Positions 24,614 to 35,818 of a DNA stretch of 64,000 nucleotides are shown here, one piece after another (position 1 is the stretch's first letter; each line of letters begins with the position of its first letter). This DNA is from Protoeuglena noctilucae. Its lineage: Eukaryota. Where the stretch lies: positions 682,001 to 746,000 of the forward strand of contig OY253672.1 in the NCBI GenBank assembly GCA_958009085.1. Direction: 5' to 3'. The position numbers and the translations under genes are program-made. A model generated the notes under the pieces. The model had not been told where the DNA came from, searched no databases, and was given only the letters and a program-made list of their open reading frames with translations.

Positions 24614-26237
24614 ATGGGCATTTTGGTCATCGAAGATAAGGATGAGATGCGCAGATGGACGCGCCAGAGGCGGAGGGAGGGGCAGACGGTCGGCTTCGTG
24701 CCCACCATGGTGAATTCGCGCCTGGCAGAGCTTTTCTCTGCCGTGTTCGATGCTTCCACACGTTCTCGATGTAACGTGTATTGTCTGATCCCATCGCCGA
24801 AGCTTGTTACGCCTCACTCGCGTCGCTGGGCTTGGGAGTGGGGCCCGACTGCGTTGCATTCCCGCCCCTCGAGTGGTGCGTGATGCGTGCCCGCAGGGTT
24901 ATCTGCACGACGGTCACTTATCTCTCGTTTCTCACGCCCGCGAGAGATGCGACGTCGTCGTCGCCTCCATCTACGTCAACCCAACGCAGGTGACTACGCG
25001 GCTTCCTGCGGAGCGCCTGGCCCGGCGCGGAACCTCCTGCACTGCAACTGCGAAGCGTCATGATCCTCGCAGTTCTCTGTCAGCGAGGATTTCGGCGTAT
25101 ATCCGAGCGACAAGCAGGGCGACCTCCAGAAGCTCGAGCAGGCCGGGTGCGCGGTGGCCTTCTGCCCCAGGAGCCTCTACCACCAGGCGAGAGTGCGAAA
25201 TCAACTGAACCTGTTGGCCGAGTCAGCGAGAAGCTGCGTGTGAGGGTGTCTGGCCGGCCGGCGTGGGCATCAGCGGGCCCCACCAGTGCTTGCAGGCAGC
25301 AGCACCGGGGGGGCTGCCCTCTGACCGAGCCACAGACGGCGCCAACGTGGCGGGCAGGCCCGACGACGAGCATGCCAGGGGCTCGCACGAGACGTGGGTC
25401 ACCGTGACCCGGCTGCAGCGTGGGCTCTGCGGGCAGTCGCGCCCTCACTTTTTCCGGTGACGCCCGGCAGGGTCCCCCACACAGTCCGTCCCGCGTCTTC
25501 CGCCGTTGCCACATCCACTGCCGCTGCCACTCGCAGGGGAGTGGCCACGGTGGTGACCAAGCTCTTCCACATTGTAGAGCCTGACGTGGCGGTCTTCGGC
25601 CGCAAGGACTACCAGCAGTGGAGGGTCATCCAGCGGATGGTTCGCGACTTGGACTTCGCCATCGAGATTGTCGGAATGCCCATCTGCGTGAGTGGCGTTC
25701 GCCAGGCCTGGGCACCTGGGCCGTCATATGGCGGACCGGTGTGCCGCCCCTGCTTGAGCCGCTTGTGGTCGCGGCAAGACATCGGGTAGGGAATTCGTGT
25801 GTGCAGCGGGAGCCGGATGGTCTGGCCATGAGCAGCAGGAACGCGCGGTTGACTCCCGACAACCGTGTCAAGGCCGTGGCCATCTCGGCTGCGCTCACGT
25901 GCGCAAAGGATGGCATTGCCTCGGGCACCCTGACCACCGCAGACGCGGTGCGCAGAGAGGTAAGCACTGCAGCCGTACATGCCTTGGTGCCGGCCTGTCT
26001 GGCAGATATTAAGCAGTGCCCGATTGGGGTTGCTGTACAGTGGCCGTGTGTCACCTGGTGCAGGTGCGGGACCGGATTGAGCAGTACGGCGGCAGAGTGG
26101 ATTACGTCGAGGTCGTGGACGCGGAGGAGCTCGATCCTTTAGATGCCATCGCGGGGGGCTCGCTCGTGATGGTCGCGGTGGCTGCCTTTTACGGGGACGT
26201 CAGGCTCATCGACAACATGGAGTGCCGTGCGCCGTGA
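24614..26237 (+). CDS. panC: Pantoate--beta-alanine ligase (pantothenate synthetase); multi-exon
   Basis: [68 protein letters not shown]. Confidence 0.97.
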
Positions 26238-26503
26238 ATTTGCACTCGCGGACACGCAAATGGGTCCACGTTGCCGTGACAGGTGCCTTGGGACTCGCTG
26301 ACCTGTCGATGCAAAGTAGGCGGCTGTGTGCTAGTGCACATATGTGCCGCAGAGCAGATGGAAGGTGTTGAAAGGTACATAGAGCATTGCCGACCTAGGA
26401 GCGAGGCAGAAGTTATTGGACAGCCCCAAGTCGGACTCTTCCATACACCACAAGACGCCTCTCCACCGCCCCCTGCCATGAGCAGATCCTGTTCATTCAT
26501 GAA

Positions 26504-27318
26504 TCATTTCTTCTCCTCCTGGCCCCCCTCCTTCTCCTTCTTCTCACTCTCCATCCCCTTCTTCAGCTCGTCGTTGAACTCCTGCACAAGAAAGCAGAGG
26601 GAAGCTGAGTACGTCCGCGAGCTCCCCTGTGGGCCACCCATGGCGGCCAAGCGGGAAATTCACACCGTCAATGGTAGGAATCGAACCGCAACTCGGTAAA
26701 CGTGCTGCGCTCTGCGACACTGCCACCACGTGAGCGCACCTCCGCAGCCGTCTGGAACGACTTGACCGTCTTCCCCAGCGCCTGCCCCAGCTCAGGAAGC
26801 TTCGAGGGCCCGAATGCAACGGCGGCGACGACCCCGATGACCAGGAGCTCCGGCGCGCCCAGGCCAAAGATCCGGGCCTTCACCTGCAGGTCGCAGACGT
26901 AACGGGGTGCTGTGGGGCTTCTAGGCAAACATACACGGAATCGACCGGCGCATGAGCAAGCTTATTGAGTCAAAAGTCGCTTACGACCCCGACCCATCGC
27001 GGCCGCCCTGCGTCCCGCGTGCAGCAGCGCAGCACCAGCGCCTGCTCCGCGTCGGCCGCGCCGGCAGCTCTCGCGGAAATCCGAGGGCCAGATGAGTCGA
27101 AAGTAGTCCAAGCGTTGTGAATCTGGCGAGAACCGCTGTCCACACTCGCAGGGCTCGAAGGTGGGGGAGGCACTCACCGCCCTGCGCTCCCGCCCCGCCC
27201 CCACCAGCCCAGCGGGCGTCCGAGGCGCCATCGTGGAATGCACCATCCCTCCCCGCGTCGAACAAGCTGGCTGAGCTACGAGGCACCGCCCCGCCGGCCT
27301 AGAGACGACGGCATTCAT
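26504..27318 (-). CDS. tatA: Thylakoid twin-arginine translocase subunit TatA/Tha4 with transit peptide; multi-exon
   Basis: IFGLGAPELLVIGVVAAVAFGPSKLPELGQALGKTVKSFQTAAEEFNDELKK; basic Ala/Arg-rich N-terminal extension. Confidence 0.93.
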
Positions 27319-27695
27319 GGCCAAACTTTGGAGAATCCCCCACGACCCCAGCGAGCGGCAGACACGCGGACACCGATCGAGAGGAAGATGCGCAAATGCA
27401 CGATGCGCGGGGCCCGCCAGGCGTCGAGAGCAAAACGGATAGATCTCGCCAGAACTGTCGGTCGGGCGGATGGGCGTCCCCGCGCGTTCTCAAACGATCG
27501 CCGATTGCGTCGCTGCAAACTCCTGCAGCTGCCGAGCTGGCTTAGCTACGTCCTCGTCGAGCGCGCCATCCTTACTCATTCAATTTCGATCCAACAGATA
27601 GCGATTCGAGTGTCACGGTGCAACACCCCGTCCTTCGCTGTCGTCGTGTCGCGCTGGGTCGGTGGCCTGCCCGGCCAAGCAGGCGGTGAGCTGGG

Positions 27696-30600
27696 ATGGC
27701 GGACGTGGCGAGCCGGCTCCAGCCCGCGACGACGAGCGGGAGGGGCCAGGCGTGGGGGGTCGCACCGAGGCCGAGGATTCGCACGAGGAAGTGGGAGGCT
27801 CGCCGGCGCGTGCCCATAACATGCCTAGGGTCGACCGGGCCAAGCTCCCATGACGGACATGGCCAGGGCATGGATCGCCCGCTCCAGCGGACTGCGCAGG
27901 CCGCGGTCACCGCTGTTGCCTCCATTGTTCCGGCAGTCTTCATCGCGGCTAACGTCGCCCTCGATGCTGACGGGGGCGGGTCAGGCGGCCCGGGCTCCCC
28001 ACCCGAGCCCAGCGGTGGTCGTGGGGACGGCCATGGCGGTGGCGCTCCCAACGCCCGCGGTCCCGAAGCAGCTCCGCGGGATCGTAACGAGGATTTTGCC
28101 GCCTCGCCGGAGCTCCTCCTCGACGTCCTGGGCATGCACTGCGGGGGCTGCGTGGGTCGTGTGCAGGCCGCGCTGGAGGCGCTCCCGGGGGTCGCAGCTG
28201 CCGAGGTCAACCTGGCAACGGAGACAGCAAGGTTGCGGTTAGAACAGGTGACCTTCGCGAGGGCTTTGACTTGGGTGGCACCTGGTACCTGCCTGCACCT
28301 CTCCAGCCCTGATCCGTCCAACGCTCGTGCACCCTCGTGGTTTCCCCAGAGCGAGCAGGCCCGCACCGATGCGGTCGCTGCGGCCGTCTCCGCGGTGGAG
28401 CGCCTGGGTTTCGAGTGCCGCCCGCGTGCCCTGAGCACCACGTCCCCATCAGCCCTCTCCGCGATGCGGCAAGCATTCCAGGACAAGCAGGAGGCGCGGC
28501 AGCGGCGACTGAGGCAAGTCGAGAACGACTTGCGCGTCTCGTGGGCGCTCGCCTCGACATGCCTCGTCGGCCACCTCTCGTGCCTGTGGAGAGGCGCGCC
28601 TGCGCCTGGTGAGCCTAGTCAGAGAGCTGAGCGCCCCAAGGGCCCACAAAACGCACTCCCTTGGAGGCCGCTTCATCGCTTACCCCAACCCGTGGCTGTT
28701 CGCGCCTGCCGCGACCTCGCAGCCAACCCATCGTCGCCACCCGCCCTGCCCGCAGTGCGCATGCTGGGCCACCCCGCTGTGGCCGCTGCCATGTCCGTGG
28801 CGGCCATGCTCGGCCCGGGGCGGTCCATTCTCGCTTCGGGCCTGTCGAACCTCGCGCGCGGGCAGCCGGACATGGACTCTCTGGTGTCCCTGGGCGCGTC
28901 TGCCACCATGGCCGTCAGCACCGTCGCCGCCCTCCGGCCCCGCCTGGGCTGGCACATGTACTTTGAGGAGCCCGCGATGCTTCTTGCGTTCGTCCAGGTC
29001 GGGAGGACCCTGGAGGAGCGCGCCAAGCTCCGGGTCGCCAGCGACATGACGGCCCTGCGCAACCTCCTCCCGACCACCGCCCGCCGCGTCCTCCCATCCG
29101 GCTCCGTCGCGCAAGTCGCCGCGGAGGACGTCCAAGTCGGCGAAGTGGGTGCGTGCCGCTCCATTTCTGTAGAGACCTCGTCGGCCATGCCAGGGTCGTC
29201 CCCACACATGATGCGTCCCCGACGCCCCAGCCGTGCCAGGGCCCGGCTCGCGCGCAAGGACGAGTCGCACAACGCACGCGCATCGTCAAAGCGGAGCGTT
29301 CGTGACACCTGTCCCTCTCCTGGCACCTCTGGCTGCAGTTCGCGTGCTTCCCGGGGACCGTGTTCCCGTGGATGGCGTGGTCGTGTCAGGGGTCACGTCC
29401 GTCGACGAGAGCGCCATGACCGGGGAGGCCATGCCGGTCGCGAAGCGCCCGGGCTCCGCCGTCCGGGCGGGGACGGCCAACTGCGAGGGCGCGGTGGACG
29501 TGCGGGTCGAGAGGGCCGGCGCCGACACGGCCATTGCCGACGTGGTCCGGCAGGTCGACCTCGCCCAGGCCCGCGCCGCGCCCATCCAGCGCATCGCGGA
29601 CGCTGGTGAGGCAGCGCCTGCACTGTGCTGCCTGGCCGTCTCCGGCGTGGGTGCCACCACTCACACAGGGTGTCTCATGTCATCACCCGCGCCGCCCCTC
29701 CTCATCGCAGCGGCGGGGAGCTTCACCTACGGCGTGCTTGCCGCCTCGGCCGCCACCTTCTCCTTCTGGCGTTTGGTCGGCGCCAGAACCTTCCCCCGCG
29801 CTCTCGAGCTCGGGCCCCGGGGCGGCCTCATCCAGTGCATCCAATGGTGAGCGCGACTTTGGCAGAAATCCCGTCCGTATGCCCACCCCGGGCGCCTGTG
29901 CCAGCATGCGCCAACGTCCCCGTGCCCGCACACTGCAGCATCCGCCTGGCCATCACCCGCGGCCCGACGCCCATGCCCGGCGCAGCGCCGCTCTCTCCGC
30001 TCGCCCTCGCCCTCCAGCTCGCCTGCAACGTCCTCGTGGTGGCCTGCCCCTGTGCCCTGGGCCTGGCCACGCCCACGGCTGTTCTCGTGGGTATGTCGGC
30101 CGGTGCGCGCGAGGGCCTCCTCGTGAGGGGCGGGGACGTCCTGGAGCGCGCCGCCCACATCGACGCCGTGATCTTCGACAAGACGGGTGAGCGACGTGCC
30201 GGGATGCTTGCAGGTTGGGCGTCCGTGCCAGCAGGCGCGCCCCTCACGGCGCCGCTCGCGTCCCCTTCCGCAGGGACGCTCACCGTCGGCCGCCCGACCG
30301 TGTCGCGTGTCAGCGTGATTGATGAGTCTGCCGGCTTGTCCGATCGCGACGTCCTGGCCCTGGCGGCCACCGTGGAGTCGCTGTCCGTGCACCCCGTGGC
30401 CAAGGCCATTGCGGCGGAGGCGACGAGGCAGGGCGTGGCGGGTGACGCGGAGCTGGAAGGAGTCGAACCGGGGACGTACACCCAGGTCCCGGGGGCGGGC
30501 GTGGTGGGGACTGTCGGGGGGAGGCGGGTGGCCGTGGGTCGCTACGAGTGAGTGCGGCAGCATGTGGGCCATCATCATGGGCGGCGACTAGGACGGCCGA

Positions 30601-31687
30601 AGTTAGAATCGCTTCAGCTCGCGAACGCTGGCCTCCTCTGCGCGTGCAGGTTCGTGGTTGCCCAGACTGCGAGCGTGAGCGGGGCGGGGGAGCACGAGTC
30701 AGCTCGCTCCCTGGGCACGGGGTCGCTGATGCCGAGGGGTGGCGCGGCGACGCCGAGCACGTCTCGGACGGTCGTCTTCGTCGGGGTGGACGGCCAGGTC
30801 GTGGGCCGCGTGGAGGTGGAGGACAAGATGAGGTCCAACGCGGCTGCGACCGTCGCGGCCCTCCGCGCGCGCGGCTACCGGCCCGTGCTGCTCTCCGGGG
30901 ACCAGGCCGGCCCGGCGCTGGCCGTCGGGCGCGCCGTGGGCATCCCGGACGAGGACGTGCACGCGGGGGTCAGTCCATGGGACAAGGCAGCATTCGTGGA
31001 AACGGAGCAGCGCGCGGGGAGGCGGGTGGCCATGGTCGGGGACGGGATCAACGACACGGGTGAGAAGCGCTCTGTAACAGCGCTCCGATGCTCGCGCGGC
31101 CATGCAGGCCAGGATGCTTCGCCTCGGCCGGTGCCCGCAGTTGCGCTGGCCAAGGCGGACGTCGGGATGGCGATGGTGGGCGGCGTCGACGCCGCCAGCG
31201 ATGTAAGCGACGTGGTGCTCACACGGGGCAACATCCGCCAGGTGATGGCGCGGCTCGCCGAGAGTGCTGTGAGTGGATGTGCCACCGTGACATGCGGCCA
31301 AGCTCGCTGGCGACGGCCCCCGCAGGTCGTGGATGCCCTGGACCTCAGCCGCGCCACGCTGAATCGCATCAAACAGAACCTGGCGTGGGCGTTCGGGTAC
31401 AACGCTGTCGGGATCCCGGTGGCCGCGGGGGCTCTCCTACCACGCTTTGGCGTGGCGCTGACGCCCGCGCTGTGCGCCGCGCTCATGGGCCTTTCCTCCA
31501 TTGGCGTCGTCCTCAACTCGGTGGGGCTCAGGTCAGCCGCCCGCCGCCGCCGGGGGACCCAGCGTGCACGCCGCGCACCCTGCGCTCGTTATCCTCGCCC
31601 CATCGTCCTCGCCGCAGGGTTGAGGCGGCGCGCCTGGCGACGACGTCGCGACGGGAGGAGGAGCACTTCTTGAGGGGGGCCGACTGA
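27696..31687 (+). CDS. PAA1: Chloroplast Cu-transporting P1B-1 ATPase (PAA1/HMA6-like); multi-exon
   Basis: Transit-like N-terminus and Gly-rich stretch; HMA domain GMHCGGC; PDMDSLV; YFEEPAMLLAFV; DESAMTGE; ACPCALGLATP; DKTGTLT; GDGINDT; YN and MGLSS Cu(I) ligands. Confidence 0.92.
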
Positions 31688-32315
31688 GGCGCGGAGCGCG
31701 CTTCCTGGCAGCCCAGTCTGACGAGGGCCACGCGCTCGCTACGGGGGCTATGGACCTCGCACTGCCGCATCCGCCAGACATTACCATTACGCTAGCAGTT
31801 GCGGCGCCCGTCGGCGCTGCGACCCCCGATTTAAGCTCGCTGGCCCCCGAGACGCATCGCGCGCCAGCCCCGAGGCCCCCGTGATCCACCCCGGCGCTCG
31901 AGAGTCGGTGCTGTTGACGTGAGCGCGAGGGCCCGCCGCCCTCAGCCCGTGTCGCGCCACGCACGGGCATGGCACGATTCGAGGCGCAGCGCGGCGAATC
32001 CGTAGTGTCCGCGGCGATGCAGCGGCTGCTCGCGGCGCTAACCTCACCTCTTCTGTCCAGCGAGCGAGCAAGAGCGCCGCGCTGCGGCTGAGGACAAGCT
32101 CACCACGGTTCTCGCCCCCCACGCAGTGCTCCACGTGCCGAGCGTCGCGAAGTCCTGCCAGCAAGGTGCGTAAGGGATGTGTTGGCCCCGGCGGGGACGA
32201 GGGCGGCTTCCGCGGGCCGGGGAGGTCATCGCAGGCTGCCGAAGCACATTGCAATCGCCCCCGTGGCATGCACGCAGCGCCCATGCCGCGCGGATTGCGC
32301 GCCCTCCCGCTTGCC

Positions 32316-32871
32316 ATGGTGAAGGAGAACATGAACGCGGAGCTCCGCCGGGCGGTGAAGATGGCGGACGCGGCTGGCGTGCGGGAGCTGGTCTTCGACC
32401 CCTGCATCGACGTGGACGCCCCCGACGCCCGGGGCCGCACCCCGCTGTGGTGGGCGGCCGCCCTTGGCCACCCTGAGGTCGTCGCAGAGCTGCTGGCCGT
32501 GTTAGCGACGTCGTCCGGCCTCAACGAGGCCGCCCTCGCGCGGGGGGACCTCTCGGCGCTCGAGGTGCGCATGGCGCGGGATCGCCCAGTGACTCTTGCC
32601 GGATAGGATGTATACATCACGAAGAAGGGGCCGCGCGGCGCTCGGGAGCTGCCGCTGGCGCAGCTGACCTGCACGGTCGCCCACGCAGGTCGCCGTGCTG
32701 CTTGGGCACTACGACGTGGTGAAGGAGCTTCTCGGCGTGGACGCCGACTTCCGGCGCTCCGTGTTCCTCGCCCTCCTTCGCCGTGACAACCGCATGCTGC
32801 GCTTGCTCATCGCCGCGCAGGCCGATCGTGATTCATCCGCACGCGAAGCCGACCAAGCGCCCCACGCGTGA
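32316..32871 (+). CDS. Small ankyrin-repeat protein; 2 exons (start uncertain, may extend upstream)
   Basis: DVDAPDARGRTPLWWAAALGHPEVVAELL and SALEVAVLLGHYDVVKELL ankyrin consensus repeats. Confidence 0.8.
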
Positions 32872-32971
32872 CGATGGGCGCGCCGCGAGATTCCGAGCAT
32901 TCTATTGCATCTGATTGCTTGCGGCGTGCGATTCGCGCGCACATGCAACGGCGGCGCCCGTAAGGCGCGCC

Positions 32972-34053
32972 CTATGTCTGCGGCAACCTGCGCTTGATGC
33001 TAACGAGCGCATCGAATTGCCCCCCGCGCGCGACTCGGCTCGACACCCCCGCCTCCGTCGGCTGCACGCTCCACGCCGGCTCGCCCGTGCTCGCCGAGAC
33101 GCTCGCCCCCGCCACGTTGCAGCCAGGCAGGCCGCACACAGCTCTGGGGCCAAGGCACACCGGCACACCCGTGTGGATGTAAGCAGGCCACGCCGGCCTG
33201 CTGCGGCCCCTCCACTCACACCCACGACCAACCGCGCGAGCCCCGCCCAAAGCCTCACACCTGGGCACTTCCAGCGCAAGCGAGTCGGCGATCTGTGCCG
33301 TGAACTCCGCGTACCGCTGCGTCGGCGTCATGGGCACCTCGTTGGGGTCCAGGGCCACGTACCCCTCCGGCGCAGCCAGGTTCAGCCAGAACTGGCAGCT
33401 GGCCCGGACGGGGCGGTCGAAAACGCCCCCGCAGCGCCCGCACACCAGTGCTAGCGTGGTGTTGGCAGTTGCCCTGCAAGCAAGGGAAGCTGCCGTGGCC
33501 GCCGGTGCCCTGAGCTCCGGCGCAGGAGGCGCCGCGACGCATACGCCGCTCACCGCACGAAGAAGGACTGCCTGCCCGCAGCATCGGCCTCCAGCAGAAC
33601 GTCCACGGGGCGGTCCCCGCAGCGTTCGAACTCCACAGGGACGCCCACCAGGTGCAGATCCCGCACCGTGGCGGACCTGCTGATGAGCCAGGGAGGCCGG
33701 CCCATGGAGAAGTCCGACCTGGACAGCGTCAGAGGGGGTTCCTCGCGCTTGAGTTGCCGCCTCCGCCGGGGCGCAGCCTCCCTCGCCCGCCCGTCGCCCT
33801 CGCCCTGCTGAGGCAGGGGCCCGTCGGCCTTGTCCCTCTCTCTCTGGTGCGACCGCCGATTCGGCGCGCCCCACGGCTGCCTGTCCCACGACTTGCTCCC
33901 CTGCCCACGCACGACCCAGGCTGGCTTCGCAGAGTGTGCCGAAGGGCGCAGGCTCGGCCCGCCCCACGCAAGCTTTAGATTCGTCGGGCGTCGTCTGCCA
34001 TGGTGAGTATCAACTCCCTGGAAAACGGCGCCAGGCGCCCGCCACGCCGCCAT
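32972..34053 (-). CDS. YceD/DUF177 large rRNA subunit accumulation protein, probably plastid-targeted; multi-exon
   Basis: Arg/Pro-rich N-terminal extension; ATANTTLALVCGRCGGVF (CxxC), QIADSLALEVP...VCGLPGC, C-terminal FDALVSIK, matching the DUF177 layout. Confidence 0.75.
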
Positions 34054-34337
34054 CACTCGCCGCCCGGGCGCAGCGAGCCGTGAGGGTGCGCAGGCAGGGC
34101 GGGGAAGAACTTGATGGCCTGAACCACGATGAAGAATAAAATGAGACCCAGCAAGGCTACGATGAGCTCAAACTCTGCAGAGGATCGGCGGGGCGGCGGG
34201 TTCGCAGGTCTCGTGTGCGCATCGCGCTGCCGTGCACCCAGAACCTGCGCCAGAGCGGGGCGGGACAGGCCGCCGTCACCAACCGCCAAAACGAGCTCGT
34301 TTGCCCGGTTCGCCAGGCTGCCTCTCCTCTCGCGCAT
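34053..34337 (-). CDS. Putative 59-aa single-pass membrane micro-protein; 2 exons (intron 34175-34279)
   Basis: Spliced product MRERRGSLANRANELVLAVEFELIVALLGLILFFIVVQAIKFFPALPAHPHGSLRPGGE*; intron G|GTGACG...CCTCTGCAG| of 105 nt; clear hydrophobic helix; stop overlaps the YceD ATG. Confidence 0.5.
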   Translation of the reverse strand: MRERRGSLANRANELVLAVGDGGLSRPALAQVLGARQRDAHTRPANPPPRRSSAEFELIVALLGLILFFIVVQAIKFFPALPAHPHGSLRPGGE

Positions 34338-34759
34338 TCAGAGGCACTCGGGACCGTCGCGGCTGCAGTAGCGGGCTCCGTCTGCACAGCAGCGCGTCGC
34401 CATTGGGAAGGTAACGACAGTATGATTGGATTGCCGCCATTGGCACAAACCGGCAGCCTGGGACAACAGCGCGGGCCTGGCCGTGCCGGTGACACGCTTG
34501 ACAGGGCCCCAACTGCGCGCCGGCTGCCATGGCGCCGCGCACTCGCACTCGGCTTCGCCAACGAAACCTGCTCTGCTCTCAGCAGCAGCTCCCACAGGGC
34601 ATCCGTGAGGGCACACAGCGCTGCGTTGCATTCAAGGGAGACATTCAACAAGCGTAACACCGCTGGGAACGTGGTGGAGGGAAGGGGGGCTGCTTGAACA
34701 TGCAGGGGACTTCGGAGGCGCGCGAAAGCGCCTCCGCTTTCCTCGGGGTGCAGTTCGGC

Positions 34760-35729
34760 ATGCCTCGTCCTCCACTGGACCCCAAGCAGGTGCCTGACGC
34801 TGCGCGCGTTCCTCCTGACGAGCAGCAACGGCAACAACAAAGCTTGCGCGAAGGGGCAGCAGTCGATTTGTCAAGAGACAGAGCGACGAGCACAGGCAGA
34901 ATGTGCCTCGTTCGTCGCGCCCGCAGGACCGGGAGGCGCGGCTCCGGTACTGGGTTGGGAGGTGTCGGGAGGTGTTCGAAGTGTTTGAGCCAAAAGAGGG
35001 GATGGGCATTGATCGCGCCGCGATCCCCAACATCCTGCAGGTCGGTCGCAAGCTCTCGCATGCCTGTGCCCAAGCAGCACGCTGCTTTAGCCGAACCGCG
35101 TCGTGCACAGCTCCTGGTTCTCCCTGCTTCCAGGCGCTCGGTTTCAATCCCACGCTAGAGCACGTGACGGAGGTGGAGGAGCGCATCGTTCCCAGGGGCC
35201 CGGATGGGACCATCCCGGAGGATGCCAACATTCAGCTCGAGCCTTTCTTGAGAGAGCTCCCGAGACTCCTCGCGGACACGAAGGCGAGACGCTCGCTGCA
35301 GCCGCCCTTGCAGGACATGCGCCGCGGGGCAGCCTCGATATGCATGTTTATGCTGGTGCCTGTACGCAGGAGGGCCACAAATGGATCCGGGATTCGTACC
35401 ACAAGCTCGTGCGGGCCTTCGCGGCCTTCGGTGAGGCCGCTGCGCCGCGCAGACCTGGGTAGACCGTCGCTTATGCTCTTAATTGTCGAGACGGCGACGG
35501 CATCGAACGGGCCACCCCCACCGTCCCCACAGACCCCGAGGGCAATGGGTGGGTGGACGCGCAGGACATGCTGAACGTGCTCCGTGACCAGGACCACGCG
35601 CTCAACACGGGCCCCGTCTTCACCGACGAGGAGGTCCAGTCCTTCCTGCACGCGTGCGCCGATGACCAGTCCCGGATCTACTACGAAGAGTACTGCTTCA
35701 AGCTGGCCGAAGACGGCCGCAATTTGTGA
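34760..35729 (+). CDS. DRC8: Dynein regulatory complex subunit 8 / EFCAB2-like EF-hand protein; multi-exon
   Basis: EVFEVFE...ILQALGFNPTL; RDSYHKLVRAFAAFDPEGNGWVD; FTDEEVQSFLHACADDQSRIYYEEYCFKLAEDGRNL*. Confidence 0.8.
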
Positions 35730-35818
35730 CAGGGGGCTGCATGGTGCTTGCCAGGTTCTAGACACGCCCCGCCGGGTCAGGCCACGATTTGCCCATTGTA
35801 GCGGCCTGGCGCGCCGAG

